64,000 nt of DNA. Origin: Anaeromyxobacteraceae bacterium. GTDB taxonomy: Bacteria; Myxococcota; Myxococcia; Myxococcales; Anaeromyxobacteraceae. Shown in pieces: positions 48,564 to 60,087 of this stretch. The DNA is taken from assembly GCA_047602405.1 (NCBI GenBank), contig JASGHJ010000001.1, positions 320,001-384,000 on the forward strand. Reading direction: 5' to 3'. The number at the start of each line of letters is the position of its first letter. Position 1 is the first letter of the stretch. Under the pieces are notes generated by a model. It saw only the letters and a program-made list of their open reading frames with translations, made no database searches and was not told the origin of the DNA. The translations under genes and the position numbers were made by a program.

Positions 48564-50978
48564 ATGCCGACCCGCCGCCGCCCCGTCTTCCTCTCGCTGG
48601 CCCTCGCCCTCGCCGCCTCCTGCGGGTCGCACACGAAGAAGGCGGCGGACGGCCCGGTGACCGTGGAAGGCAACGTGGTCACCATCCCGACCACCGAGGG
48701 GCGCGTCCGCGTGTCGGCCCCGCTCCCGGGCGCGCTCCGCGTGCAGGTCTCGCCGCCGGGGCAGCCGGCCCCCGCCGTCACCTCCTTCGCGGTCGACCCG
48801 GCCACGGTCGCGACGCCGGGCGCGGTCACGGTCGAGGAGGCGAACGGGTTCGTCACGGTGAAGGCGGGCGACGCGGCCGTCCGCGTGCGGCGCTCGCCGC
48901 TCCGGGTCGCGCTGCTCGACGCCGCGGGCGCGGTCGTCGCGGAGCAGCCGGCAGGCTCGACGTTCTCGCCGCCGCTCTCCACGTCCTGGTCGCTCCGCCC
49001 CGGCACGCAGGTCTTCGGCCTCGGCGACAAGGCGGGCACCTACGACCGCCGCGGCTTCGGGTACGACAACTGGAACAGCGACCACTACGGCTGGGACGCG
49101 GCGCGGCTCGACCCGCTCTACAAGACCATCCCGTTCCTGGTGTTCCTCGACGGCGGCAGCGCGCACGGGTTCTTCCTCGACAACCCCTCGCGCTCGTACT
49201 TCGACGTCGGGTTCAGCGACCTCGGGCGCGTGAAGATCGACGTGGCCCGCGCGCCGGTCTGGGACCTCTACCTCTTCCCCGGCCCGGACCCGAAGGCCGT
49301 GCTCTCGGCCTACACCGCGCTCACCGGCCGCACGCCGCTGCCGCCGCGCTGGGCGCTCGGCTACCACCAGAGCCGCTACAGCTACCTCACCTCGACCGAG
49401 GTCCGGGACGTCGCCGCGCGGCTGCGCGCCGACGCGATCCCGGCCGACGCGGTCTGGCTCGACATCGACTTCCAGCGGGGCAACCGCCCCTTCACCGTGG
49501 ACCCCACCGCCTTCCCGGACTTCCCGGCGATGGTGACCGACCTCTCCGCCGCGGGGCTGCGCACCGTCGTCATCACCGATCCGCACCCGAAGCAGGAGGT
49601 CGGCTACGCGCCGTACGACAGCGGGCTCGCGGCCGACGTGTTCGTGAAGAAGAGCGACGGCCAGCTCTTCGTGGGCAACGTGTGGCCCGGGGCGAGCGTG
49701 TTCCCGGACTTCGGCCTGCAGGCGGTGCGCACCTGGTGGGGCGGGCTCTACGGGCCCTTCGTCGGGCAGGGCGTCGCGGGCTTCTGGAACGACATGAACG
49801 AGCCGGCCATCTTCGCCTCCTCGATGCCCGACGACACGCCGCACCGGCTCGACGGCGGCACCACGGTCGACCACCTCACCTTCCACAACGCCTACGGCCT
49901 CATGAACGCGCGCGCCACGCACGAGGGCGTGCTCGCGCTCCGGCCCGGGGCGCGGCCCTTCGTGCTCACCCGGGCCGCCTACGCGGGCGCGCAGCGCTGG
50001 GCGGCGAGCTGGACCGGCGACAACAAGGCCACCCGCGAGCACCTCGCGATCACCATCCCGCAGCTCGTCAACCTCGGCGTCTCCGGCTACGCATTCATGG
50101 GCGCCGACGTGGGCGGCTTCGTCGGCTGCCCGGACGACGACCTCCTCGTGGAGTGGACCGAGCTCGGCGCGCTGCAGCCGTTCTTCCGCAACCACTCGGA
50201 GAAGGGCAGCTGCCGCCGCGAGCCGTGGGCGCGGGGGGCAGCCGTCGAGGCCCGCATCCGCGCCGCCATCGAGCGCCGCTACCGCCTGCTCCCGTACCTC
50301 TACACCGCGTTCGAGGAGACCGCGCGCACCGGGCTGCCGGTGCTGCGCCCGCTCTGGCTCGCATGGCCGGCCGACGCCGCGGCGCGGGCGAACGCGCGGG
50401 CGTACCTCCTCGGCCCCGATCTCGTCGTCGCGCCGAAGCTCGACGCGGGCGTCTCGAGCTGGCAGGTGACGCTCCCCGCGGCGGACTTCTTCGACACCGC
50501 CACCGGCGCGCTCGTCGCGGGCGGCGGCGCGGTCACCGTGACGCCCGTCGCGGGCGAGGGCGTGCGCCTGTTCGCGCGCGCGGGAGCGATCGTGCCCTCG
50601 CAGCCGGTGACCGCGACGGCGGCGGAGACGCCCACCGGAGCGCTCACCGTCGACGTGTGGCCGGGCGCGGCGTGCGCGGGGGCGCTCTACCTCGACGCGG
50701 GCGACGGCTTCGGGCAGGTCGCCGCCGACTCGCGGCGCGTCGCGTACGCGTGCACGCCGGCGACCTCGGGCGTCACCGTCACCTCGCAGACCGCCGCGGG
50801 CACCTACCCGACCTGGTGGAGCGAGACCCGCCTCGTCGTGCACGGCGTCCCGTCCTCGCCGACCACCGTGAAGAAGGGCGACGCGGCGGTGCCGTTCACC
50901 TACGACGCGGCCGCCAGGGCCGCGACGGTGACGCTCGCCGGCGGCGGCGCGGACTGGGCCGTGCAGCTCGCGTGGTGA
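48564..50978 (+). CDS. GH31 alpha-glucosidase-family lipoprotein
   Basis: Lipobox AASC; LYKTIPF, PRWALGYHQSR, WLDID, WNDMNEP, WTGDN, GADVGGF, FFRNH. Confidence 0.93.
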   Translation: MPTRRRPVFLSLALALAASCGSHTKKAADGPVTVEGNVVTIPTTEGRVRVSAPLPGALRVQVSPPGQPAPAVTSFAVDPATVATPGAVTVEEANGFVTVKAGDAAVRVRRSPLRVALLDAAGAVVAEQPAGSTFSPPLSTSWSLRPGTQVFGLGDKAGTYDRRGFGYDNWNSDHYGWDAARLDPLYKTIPFLVFLDGGSAHGFFLDNPSRSYFDVGFSDLGRVKIDVARAPVWDLYLFPGPDPKAVLSAYTALTGRTPLPPRWALGYHQSRYSYLTSTEVRDVAARLRADAIPADAVWLDIDFQRGNRPFTVDPTAFPDFPAMVTDLSAAGLRTVVITDPHPKQEVGYAPYDSGLAADVFVKKSDGQLFVGNVWPGASVFPDFGLQAVRTWWGGLYGPFVGQGVAGFWNDMNEPAIFASSMPDDTPHRLDGGTTVDHLTFHNAYGLMNARATHEGVLALRPGARPFVLTRAAYAGAQRWAASWTGDNKATREHLAITIPQLVNLGVSGYAFMGADVGGFVGCPDDDLLVEWTELGALQPFFRNHSEKGSCRREPWARGAAVEARIRAAIERRYRLLPYLYTAFEETARTGLPVLRPLWLAWPADAAARANARAYLLGPDLVVAPKLDAGVSSWQVTLPAADFFDTATGALVAGGGAVTVTPVAGEGVRLFARAGAIVPSQPVTATAAETPTGALTVDVWPGAACAGALYLDAGDGFGQVAADSRRVAYACTPATSGVTVTSQTAAGTYPTWWSETRLVVHGVPSSPTTVKKGDAAVPFTYDAAARAATVTLAGGGADWAVQLAW

Positions 50979-51072
50979 GGTGGCGGGAGGCGCACCTCCC
51001 CACCGGACCTCGCCGGCGCCGCCGGCCCGCCGCCTGCCTGGTTATCAGGCACCGGAAACCCCAGGCCCCACG

Positions 51073-51086
51073 GGCACGTGGACTGC
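51073..51086 (+). promoter_or_regulatory. Possible sigma54 -24/-12 promoter of gdh
   Basis: GGCACGTGGACTGC matches GGCACG-N4-TTGC with one mismatch, 63 bp upstream of the ATG. Confidence 0.45.
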
Positions 51087-51149
51087 TTTTGACCCGGAAG
51101 CTTGCACGCTTTCCGGGCAATGGCATTCTCCCGACCGCCCGGAGGCTCC

Positions 51150-54100
51150 ATGCACGATCTCGACGCCGCGAAGCTCCCGCAGCCCTCGGCAGCACCGCTC
51201 GATCAGGAGGTCGACCGCGCCCTCGCGGCGCGCGTGGACGAGGCGCGACAGCTGTCGCACTGGCTCACCGCCTCCGCCCCGGACCTGTTCCAGAGCACGC
51301 TGCGCGAGGACGCGCCGCTCCTCGCCGCGCTCGCGGCCTCGCTGCCGCGCCTCCGGAGCGACGCGAAGGTCGTGCTGGTCGACCGCCCGGACGAGCTGCT
51401 CCTCGCGCGCCTCGACCGGCCCGGCTCGGTGTTCGAGACGCTGCAGGGCATCGAGCACCGCGAGATCTCGGCCTCCGAGATCCTCCACTCCGAGTCGCCG
51501 GTCCCCGGCGCCGACCAGCCGCTCGAGATCCACCGCTACGCCTTCGCGCACGGCGCGATTGAGGCCGCGCCCGAGCTGCCGCCCGTCTCGCCCGAGCTCG
51601 ACGCCGCGCTCGCGGCGCTCGCGGACGGCGCGCCCGTCACCCGCGAGGCGCTCGACGAGGCGCTCGCGCTCGTCCGCGTCGAGAACGAGCGGCAGGTCCG
51701 CCGCGCGCCGCCCGCCGAGATCGCCCGGCTCACCGCGGCCCTCGTCCGCTGCCGCGCGCAGGGCGGCTTCCTCCTCGACGTGATCCCGCCGGAGGGCAAG
51801 GGCGAGTACCCGAGCGTGCTGTTCGCCGTCGCGAACCCGCCGCCGCGCGGCTACCTCATGCAGGTCACCGAGGTGATGAACGCGCTCGACCTCGGCATCC
51901 GCCGCTCGCTCGCGTTCTCGGCGACGGTGGACGGGCAGCGCCACTTCCTCGCGGTGTTCCGCGTGGAGGACCGCAAGGGCGGCCCGCTCCCCGCCGACGG
52001 CGCCACCTTCAAGCAGCTCCGCCGCGAGATCTTCGCCACCGCGCTCGTGCCGGCGGACGGCCAGACCTACAAGGACTTCGTGCTCCCGCGGGTGATGCGG
52101 ATCGAGGACGCCAGCCTGGTGCGGGCGATCATCGGCTTCTCGCACACGACCTGCTCGCACAACCAGGGCGACCGCTACACGCACGAGGACGTCGTCCGGG
52201 CGTTCCACTTCCACCCCGAGATGACGCTGCGCCTCGTGCAGCTCTTCAAGACGCGCTTCGACCCCGCGCTCTCGAACCGGGAGTCGCGCTGGAAGAAGGA
52301 GCTGAAGGAGGTCGAGCACGAGGTCGCCGCCCACAACACCGGCCACCGCCTCCTCGACGAGTTCCGCCGCTCGCTCTTCCGCACCGCGGTGCTGTTCGTG
52401 AAGCACTGCCTCAAGACGAACTTCTTCGTCGACGAGAAGCAGGCGCTCGCGTTCCGGCTCGACCCGAGGTACCTCGACGAGCTCGGCCCCGACTTCACCG
52501 GCGACCTCCCGCCCGAGCGGCCGTTCCGGGTCACCTTCTTCTCCGGCCGGCACGGCCTCGGCTACCACATCGGCTTCGCCGACATCGCGCGCGGCGGCTG
52601 GCGCACCATCATCGCGAGCGACCGCGACGACTACGTCACGGTGGCGAACCGGGTCTTCCGCGAGAACTACGTCCTCGCCCACACCCAGCACCTCAAGAAC
52701 AAGGACATCTACGAGGGCGGCTCGAAGCTCGTGGCCATCCTGCACCTCCCCGCGCGCTCCGACGCGCCGGGCGGCCGCGCCCTCCTCCTCGCGCAGCTGC
52801 AGCGCGCGTTCATGAACGCGTTCCTCGACGTGTTCGTGACGAAGGGCGGCAAGGCCGCCGACCCGCGCGTCGTCGACTACTACCGCCAGGACGAGCCCAT
52901 CGAGCTCGGCCCGGACGAGAACATGCCGGACACGATGATCGAGGAGGTGGCGGCCCTCTCCGAGCGGCGCGGCTACATCCTCGGGCGCGGCGTGATGTCG
53001 TCGAAGAAGGTCGGCATCAACCACAAGGAGTTCGGCGTCACCTCGACCGGCGTGCTCGCGATGGCGGAGATCGCGATGCGCGAGGCGCTCCGGATCGACA
53101 TGCGCAAGGACGCCTTCAGCGTGAAGCTGACCGGCGGCCCGAACGGCGACGTCGCCGGCAACGCGATGCGCCTCCTCCTCGAGCGCTGCCCCGGCGTCGC
53201 GATCAAGCTCATCATCGACGGCACCGGCGTCATCTTCGATCCGCAGGGACTCGACCACGCCACGCTCTCGAAGATCGTGCTGAAGGAGGACGCCGAGGGC
53301 TACGACCCCGAGGGCCTCCACCCCGGCGGCTTCGTCCTCTACCGCAACCAGCGGAAGGCCGACGGCCTGCGCCAGCTGCACCGGCGCATGGACATGACCG
53401 ACGCCGGCCCGAAGGAGAGCTGGGTCACCCTCGACGAGTTCCACGAGGCGTTCGACAACCTCGTCTTCACCGTCCCCGCCGACCTCTTCATCCCCGCCGG
53501 CGGCCGGCCCGAGACCATCGACGCCGGCAACGCCGAGAAGTTCCTGCTCCCGGACGGCAAGCCCTCCTCGCCGGTCATCGTCGAGGGCGCCAACTCCTTC
53601 ATCACGCCCGACGGGCGCAAGCGCCTCCAGGCCGCGGGCGCGGTGCTGCTCCGCGACGCCTCGGCGAACAAGTGCGGCGTCATCTCGTCGTCCTACGAGA
53701 ATCATCGGCAACCTGCTCTTCGACGAGAAGGAGTTCCTCGCGAACAAGCCGGAGTACGTGCGCGACGTGCTCGAGATCCTCGAGCGGCGCGCCGTGGACG
53801 AGGCGACGGTGATCTTCCGCCGGCACCGCGAGGCGGCCGGGAAGAAGCTCTACACCGAGATCTCCGAGGCCCTGTCGGTCGAGATCAACCGGCACAAGGC
53901 GCGGCTCTTCACGCACTTCGAGGAGAACCCGCGCCGCCACCTCGAGAGCCCGTGGCGCGAGGTGCTGCTCGCGCACCTGCCCAGGATGGTGAAGGAGAAG
54001 GCCTCCTTCCGGAGCCGGCTCTCGCGCCTGCCGTCGAAGTACCGCTCGGCGATCCTCGCCGCGGAGCTCGCGACGTCGCAGGTGTACCGGAAGTCGCTCG

Positions 54101-54363
54101 AGCCGGACTTCGACGCGGCGCTGACGGCGTACGCGACGGCGATGTTCCCGTCGGAGGCGGAGCAGATCGCGGCCGCGACGGCGCCGGCCGCCCCGGCGGC
54201 GAAGGCGCCGGTCGCCGCGAAGGCGGCGAACGAGCCGCAGCGGCGGCCGCCCGCCGCGAAGGCGCCGGCGAAGGCGGCCCGCAAGCCGGCCCCCGCGAAG
54301 AGGGCGAAGGCGCCGAAGGCCACGAAGGCGCCGGCGAAGAAGGCGGCGAAGAAGCGCCGCTAG
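51150..54363 (+). CDS. gdhB: Large NAD-specific glutamate dehydrogenase; frameshift at ~53700
   Basis: FADIARGGWR, KNKDIYEGGSK, LGPDE, GINHKEFGVTS, TGGPNGDVAGN, VEGAN, ANKCGVISSSYE(I). The frame resumes after one extra A. Confidence 0.88.
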
Positions 54364-54409
54364 CCGACGGTCGGGCGCGGCAGCGCCAGCGTGCCGCGCC
54401 CGAGCCCCG

Positions 54410-54970
54410 CTACTTCGCGGCCGGCTGGTCCGGCGCGCCGTCCATCGGCATGTCGCCCCAGCCCCCCTCGATCATCCCCTTCGCCTTCCACTCGCCGCCC
54501 TTGCGGACGAGGACGAGGCCGCTCGTGCCGGACACGGCCTTCGGGCCCATCTTCATGGTCCAGCCCGAGCCGACGATCGCGAGCGAGTCGGAGATGAGCA
54601 CGATGGTCCGCTTGCCGGGCTTCATCGCGTCGGGCGGCGAGGGCTGCGCGTAGAAGGGCTTCATCACCTTCGTCCACTGCTCGCGGCTCCAGACGTCGCC
54701 GCCGCCCTCGCCCTTCGAGTCGTCGGTGACCATCAGGACCGGGAAGTCGACGAGCGCGGCGGCCCCCTCGAGGTCGGCCTTCTGGCTCGCGGTCTCCATC
54801 TTCTTCAGCATCGCCTCGATCTCCTGGCGATCCTTCTTCTCGTTCTTCACGACGGGCGGCTTCCAGCCGGCCATCGGGTCGGCGCCGCCGGCGGCGGGCT
54901 TGTCCTCGGCGAGGGCGGGGAAGGCGAGCACGAGCGAGAGGGCGAGGGTGAGGCGGAGGGGCGTGATCAT
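54410..54970 (-). CDS. Secreted NTF2/DUF4440-like protein
   Basis: Signal peptide (ALA-EDK); VDFPVLMVTD; LVRKGGEWK. Confidence 0.7.
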   Translation of the reverse strand: MITPLRLTLALSLVLAFPALAEDKPAAGGADPMAGWKPPVVKNEKKDRQEIEAMLKKMETASQKADLEGAAALVDFPVLMVTDDSKGEGGGDVWSREQWTKVMKPFYAQPSPPDAMKPGKRTIVLISDSLAIVGSGWTMKMGPKAVSGTSGLVLVRKGGEWKAKGMIEGGWGDMPMDGAPDQPAAK

Positions 54971-55101
54971 GGGGGCTCCCGGGGAGGCGGTGGATTCGGT
55001 GCGCAGCGATCCTCGGCGCCCGCCGCGCCGCGCGCGCCGACCGGGTGGGGCGTCCCCCGCGCGGGCCCGCCCCCTCGCCTCCGGGGCCGCCGGACGGCCC
55101 C

Positions 55102-56100
55102 CTACGCCCGGGGGTGCTCCGCCCACCGCCGCGCCAGCACCGCGCAGACCATCAGCTGGATCTGGTGGAAGAGCATGAGGGGCAGCACCATCGGCCCCAC
55201 CACGGCGGGCGGGAAGAGGACGTTCGCCATGGGCACGCCGGTCGCGAGGCTCTTCTTCGAGCCGCAGAACACGATCGCGATCTCGTCCGGCCAGGAGAAG
55301 CGCAGCCGGCGCGCCGCCTCGCGGGTCGTGAAGATCATGACCGCGAGGAGCACGCAGGACACCGCCGCCATCGCGAGGAGCCCGCCCGGCGTGAGGCGGC
55401 TCCAGAGCCCCTGGTTCACCGCCTCGCTGAACGCGCCGTAGACGACCATCAGGATCGTGCCGCGGTCGGTGTACGCGTTGAGCTGCTTGTGGCGCTCGAC
55501 CCAGCGCGCGGTGAGCGGCCGCGAGAGGTGCCCGGCGAGGAACGGCGCGAGGAGCTGGAGCGCGATGGAGCGGATCGAGTCGAACGACACACCGCCGCCG
55601 GAGGCGCCCATCAGCACGCCCACCAGCACCGGCGTGAGGACGACGCCCGCGAGGCTCGACATCGTCGCCGAGCAGATGGCGGCCGGCACGTTGCCGCCCG
55701 CGATGGACGTGAACGCGATCGACGACTGCACCGTGGACGGCAGGCACGCCAGGTAGAGGACCCCGAGCGCGAGCGGCCGGGGCAGGATCGACTCGGGCAG
55801 CTGCATCGCGAGGACGCCGAGCAGCGGGAAGAGCACCCAGGTCGCCGCCGACACCACGAGGTGCAGCCGCCAGTGCACGAGGCCGGCGATGACCGCCGCC
55901 GTCGAGAGCCGCGCGCCGTACAGGAAGAAGAGGAGCGCGATGGCCGCGACGGTGGCCTGGTGGAACCCGTGCGCGAACGCGCCGCTCGCCGGGAGGAAGG
56001 ACGCGAGCGCGACGACCGCGACGAGGAGCAGCGTGAAGCTGTCGGGGCGCAGGCGCGACCAGGTCGCCGAGGCTGCCGCAGGGCTCGCCGAGGGGGGCAC
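55102..56100 (-). CDS. Bile acid:sodium symporter-family (YfeH-like) transporter
   Basis: LFFLYGARLS, LPSTVQSSIAFTSIAGGN, FCGSKKSLATG, FHQIQL. Confidence 0.92.
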   Translation of the reverse strand: MPPSASPAAASATWSRLRPDSFTLLLVAVVALASFLPASGAFAHGFHQATVAAIALLFFLYGARLSTAAVIAGLVHWRLHLVVSAATWVLFPLLGVLAMQLPESILPRPLALGVLYLACLPSTVQSSIAFTSIAGGNVPAAICSATMSSLAGVVLTPVLVGVLMGASGGGVSFDSIRSIALQLLAPFLAGHLSRPLTARWVERHKQLNAYTDRGTILMVVYGAFSEAVNQGLWSRLTPGGLLAMAAVSCVLLAVMIFTTREAARRLRFSWPDEIAIVFCGSKKSLATGVPMANVLFPPAVVGPMVLPLMLFHQIQLMVCAVLARRWAEHPRA

Positions 56101-56129
56101 GGCGCGAGCTTAGCGCAGGACGGCCGGGC

Positions 56130-57128
56130 TCAGGGCCCCAGCCACTCCGGGTTCTGGGTGGTCCCGTCGTACTCCTCGGTGGTCTTGTACCGCTCGCTCG
56201 CGCCGGACTCCGCCGCCGGCGCGGTCCGGGCGAGGAGCGCGTTCACCTCGTCCTCGCTCATGGGCGTGAAGCCGCGCGCGGCGCGGAGCGCCTGGTCCAC
56301 CCGGTCGAGCGCGTCGCAGCCGGTGAGCGTGAGGCCCACCGGGAGGCTCATCGCGTAGCGCAGGCACTCCTCGGCGCTCGCGATGCCCTCGTAGACGATC
56401 CGGCCGTCGGCCATGGGCTTCATGCCGATGACGCCGATGCCCTCCGAGACGAGCCGCGGCAGCACCCGCTTCTCGAACGAGTCGTGGTGCGCGTCGAGCA
56501 CGTTGAGCGGCATCTGCACGGTGTCCCACCGGAAGCCGGCCTGGGCGGAGGCGTCGAGCATCGCGAGGTGCCAGCGCGGCGACTTGTGGCCGGTGAAGCC
56601 GAGGAAGCGGACCTTTCCGACGTCGCGCGCGGCGAGGAGCGCCTCGAGCGCGCCGCCCGGCGCGAGGATGCGGCCGGGGTCGGACTCGCGGATGACCTCG
56701 TGCATCTGGAGGAGATCGAGGTGATCGGTGCCGAGGCGCTGGAGCGACTCGTCGAGCTGGCGGGCCGCGGTGTCGCGGTCGCGGCCGTCGACCTTGCTCA
56801 TGAGGAAGACCCGGTCGCGGTACCCGTCGCGGAGCGCCCGCCCCATGCGCCGCTCGCTCTCGCCATCGTTGTAGTCCCAGCAGTTGTCGAGGAAGTCGAT
56901 GCCGCCGTCGATGGCGGTGCGGACGATGCGGACCGACGCGTCGGCGCTCGCCTGCAGGCCCATGTGGTAGCCGCCGAGGCCCACGATCGACACGCTGGCG
57001 CCCGTGCGGCCGAGCTTGCGGTGCGGGAGCAAGTCGCCCTCCCCTCTCCCGCCGCCCTTGCCGCCGTCCCCGCACGCCGTGGTGACCGTCATGGCAGCCG
57101 CGAGGCGGAAGAAGTCGCGCCGGGTCAT
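56130..57128 (-). CDS. Aldo/keto reductase with Tat (lipo)signal
   Basis: MTRRDFF..TTACG; LGRTG, DNCWDY, MSK, DLLQMH, GFTGH, GMK. Confidence 0.88.
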   Translation of the reverse strand: MTRRDFFRLAAAMTVTTACGDGGKGGGRGEGDLLPHRKLGRTGASVSIVGLGGYHMGLQASADASVRIVRTAIDGGIDFLDNCWDYNDGESERRMGRALRDGYRDRVFLMSKVDGRDRDTAARQLDESLQRLGTDHLDLLQMHEVIRESDPGRILAPGGALEALLAARDVGKVRFLGFTGHKSPRWHLAMLDASAQAGFRWDTVQMPLNVLDAHHDSFEKRVLPRLVSEGIGVIGMKPMADGRIVYEGIASAEECLRYAMSLPVGLTLTGCDALDRVDQALRAARGFTPMSEDEVNALLARTAPAAESGASERYKTTEEYDGTTQNPEWLGP

Positions 57129-57212
57129 GCCCGGGAAGGTGGGCACGGACCGTGAGGGCGGCTGCGCCGGACTCCCGCCAACGCTGCGCTCGACGTCCCG
57201 GTGGAGCTGGCC

Positions 57213-58307
57213 CTACCCCACCGCCGCCGCGACGAGCCGCTCGAACGGCGCGGGCGCCGAGGCGGCGAGCCCGAGCACGCGGCGGCGCAGCCCCGGCCGG
57301 CGCAGCAGCCCCAGCATCGCGCGCGTGTAGGCCCAGTACGGCAGGAACCGGCAGCGCCAGGCGACCTCGTACCCGCGCAGCGCGTCCCGGGTCGCGCCCG
57401 CGGCGAGCACGCCGGGCAGCATCCCCGCGAGATCGACCGCGCAGCCGAGCGCGAGCGAGATGCCCTCTCCGGTCGCCGCGTCGAGGTAGCCCGCGGCGTC
57501 GCCGAGGAGGACGAGGCGGTCCGCCGTGCGGGCGGTGGCCGCGCGCGCGAGGGGCCCGGCGCCGCGAGACATCGAGTCGAGCTGGGCCCCCGAGAGCGCG
57601 GCCTCGAGCGCGGGGAAGCGCGCGAGCAGCGTGTCGAAGGAGACCACCCCGGTGCGGGCCGGCTCGAAGAGGAACGCGACGCCCACGCGCCGCGCGCCCG
57701 CGGGCGTGACGTACGCCTCGACCCCGTCTCCGAGGTGGACCTCGACCGCCTCCGACCACGGCGGCAGGGCGAAGTGGCGGCGCAGCCCGAAGCGCTGCGG
57801 GGTCCCGGGCAGCGGCCGGTCGAGCCGGGCGCGCCTGCGGGTCGGCGAGCCGAGGCCGTCGGCCGCCACGAGCAGCCGGCCCGCGTACACACGCCTCCCC
57901 GTCTCGACGACCATCCGGTCGGGCTCGCGGCGGTGCGAGACGACGGCCTCGTCGTCGACCACCTCGACGCCGGCCCGGCGGGCCTGCTCGGCGAGCGCCG
58001 CCGAGAGCGCCAGCCTTCGCACGCCCAGCCCACCGGGCGCCGGGAGCGCGACGCGCGCGACGGTCCCGTCACCGTCGATCCAGCGGAGCTCCCGGATCGG
58101 GGCGGCGTCCACCGGGTCGAGGAGCACGCCCAGCTCCCGGAGCACCCGGACGCCGCCCGGGAGCACGCCCTCCCCGCACGCCTTGTCCACCGGGAGGGTC
58201 CGTCGCTCCAGCACGGTGACGGCGTGGCCCCGCCGCGCCGCCGCGAGCGCGAAGGCGAGCCCCGCGGGGCCGCCGCCCACCACGACGGCGTCGCGGACGG
58301 CGTTCAT
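57213..58307 (-). CDS. FAD-dependent oxidoreductase/monooxygenase (SrsC-like)
   Basis: VVGGGPAG, DKACGEG, AADG, LLGDAAGYLDAATGEGI. Confidence 0.88.
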   Translation of the reverse strand: MNAVRDAVVVGGGPAGLAFALAAARRGHAVTVLERRTLPVDKACGEGVLPGGVRVLRELGVLLDPVDAAPIRELRWIDGDGTVARVALPAPGGLGVRRLALSAALAEQARRAGVEVVDDEAVVSHRREPDRMVVETGRRVYAGRLLVAADGLGSPTRRRARLDRPLPGTPQRFGLRRHFALPPWSEAVEVHLGDGVEAYVTPAGARRVGVAFLFEPARTGVVSFDTLLARFPALEAALSGAQLDSMSRGAGPLARAATARTADRLVLLGDAAGYLDAATGEGISLALGCAVDLAGMLPGVLAAGATRDALRGYEVAWRCRFLPYWAYTRAMLGLLRRPGLRRRVLGLAASAPAPFERLVAAAVG

Positions 58308-58329
58308 GGCCGCCTCCGGCGAACGGGGC

Positions 58330-60087
58330 TCACGGCGCCCTCCACCGGGCGACCGCCGAGCGGGCCATCGCGCCGAGGAGCGCGAGCGCCCCGCCCCGGC
58401 CCGGCGGCGCGAGCCCGCCGGCGACCATCCGCCGGAGCGCCTCCTGGCGGCGGAGCTTCCCGGAGGACGTGCGCGGCAGCGTGCCGGGCGCGAGCACGCG
58501 GATCTCGCGGGGCGCGATGCCGGTGCGCTCGGTGACGGCGTGCCGGATGGCGTCGGCGAGGGCGGCGTCCGGGGCGCGCGCCTCGCGGGCGCGCTCGGCG
58601 AGCACCACCAGCCCCTCGCCCTGCCCGTCGTCGTGGCCGAGCGCGACCGCGCAGCCGGGGCGCAGGCCATCGACGCCGTCCAGCGCGGCCTCGAACTCGT
58701 CGGGCGCGTGGTTCGCGCCGCGCACGATGACGACGTCCTTCGCACGGCCGTGGACGTGGAGCGCGCCGTCCGCGACGAAGCCGAGGTCGCCGGTGTCGAG
58801 CCAGCCGCCGGCGAGCGCGCGGGAGGTGCCCTCCGGATCGCCGAGGTAGCCCGCGAGGAGCGAGGGCCCGCGCACGAAGATCCGCCCGAGCCGCCCCTCG
58901 CCCGCCAGGCCCGCCGTGCCCCGCCCGTCCTGCGCCTGGACGCGCACCTCCACCTCGACGCCGGGCACCGGCGTGCCGACCGGGACGATCTCGCGGCTGC
59001 CCGGCGCGAGCACGCCGTCGCGCGCGAGGCGCACCGCGTCCACGCGGCGCCCCTCCAGCGGCCGGCCGCGGCGGGAGAAGGTGACGGCGAGCGTCGCCTC
59101 GGAGAGCCCGTACACCGGGACGAGCGAGGCGGGGTCGAGGCCGTGCGGCGCGAAGCGCGCGGCGAAGCGGCGGAGCGCGTCGCCGGAGACCGGCTCGGCG
59201 CCGTCGAGCGCGAAGCGCCAGGACGCGAGCGAGCACCCCTCGAGGTCGGCGTCGCGCACGCGGTCGGCGCAGTAGGCGAAGGCGAAGCTCGGCGCGGGCG
59301 AGAGCGTGCCGCGGTGCCGGGCCACCGCGCGCAGCCAGAGCGCCGGCCGCGCGAGGAAGTGCTCCGGCGCGACGAGCGCGAGCGGACCCGGCCAGGAGAC
59401 CGCGCCCAGCAGGGCGCCCACGAGCCCCATGTCGTGGTAGAGCGGCAGCCAGGAGACCATCGCGTCGCGATCCGAGGGATCGACCTCGTGCTGCAGCGCG
59501 GTGATCTGCGCGGTGAGCGCCGCGTGTCTCAGCGCGACCGGCTTCGGGTCGACCGTCGAGCCGCTCGAGAACTGCACGAGCGCGAGGTCGCCGGGCGCGG
59601 CCTCCGGGATCGCCGGGGCCGGCCCCGCGAGGTCGGCCACGTCGGCGTCGCCGAGCGCGGGCGCGGCGCGGGCGATCGCCTCCCCGAGCACGCGGCGGAG
59701 CGCGCCGGAGGAGACCGCGAGCCGCGCGCCCGAGACGTGGAGCATCCGGGCGGTCGAGGTGGTGTATTCGTCGAGCCGGCCGAGGCGCACCGGCGGGTAG
59801 AGCGGCACCGGCACCGCCCCCGCGAGCCAGGCGCCGAAGAAGGCGTCCAGGAAGGCCGGCTCGGTCCGGAGCACGATCGCGACCCGATCGCCCGGCGCGA
59901 CGCCGCGCGCGGCGAGGCCGCCCGCGACCCCCTCCGCGCGCGCGAGCACCTCGCCCCACGGCAGGAAGGTCTCGCGCTCGTCCCGGCCGACGAAGGTCAC
60001 GCCGCTCGCGTGCGGCGCGGCCGCCCGGAGCGCGTGGACGAGCGTCGCGTGGCGCGGCGGCGGGAGCGGCGGGCCGGTGAGCCTCAC
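58330..60087 (-). CDS. Fatty acyl-AMP ligase
   Basis: [48 protein letters not shown]. Confidence 0.92.
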   Translation of the reverse strand: MRLTGPPLPPPRHATLVHALRAAAPHASGVTFVGRDERETFLPWGEVLARAEGVAGGLAARGVAPGDRVAIVLRTEPAFLDAFFGAWLAGAVPVPLYPPVRLGRLDEYTTSTARMLHVSGARLAVSSGALRRVLGEAIARAAPALGDADVADLAGPAPAIPEAAPGDLALVQFSSGSTVDPKPVALRHAALTAQITALQHEVDPSDRDAMVSWLPLYHDMGLVGALLGAVSWPGPLALVAPEHFLARPALWLRAVARHRGTLSPAPSFAFAYCADRVRDADLEGCSLASWRFALDGAEPVSGDALRRFAARFAPHGLDPASLVPVYGLSEATLAVTFSRRGRPLEGRRVDAVRLARDGVLAPGSREIVPVGTPVPGVEVEVRVQAQDGRGTAGLAGEGRLGRIFVRGPSLLAGYLGDPEGTSRALAGGWLDTGDLGFVADGALHVHGRAKDVVIVRGANHAPDEFEAALDGVDGLRPGCAVALGHDDGQGEGLVVLAERAREARAPDAALADAIRHAVTERTGIAPREIRVLAPGTLPRTSSGKLRRQEALRRMVAGGLAPPGRGGALALLGAMARSAVARWRAP

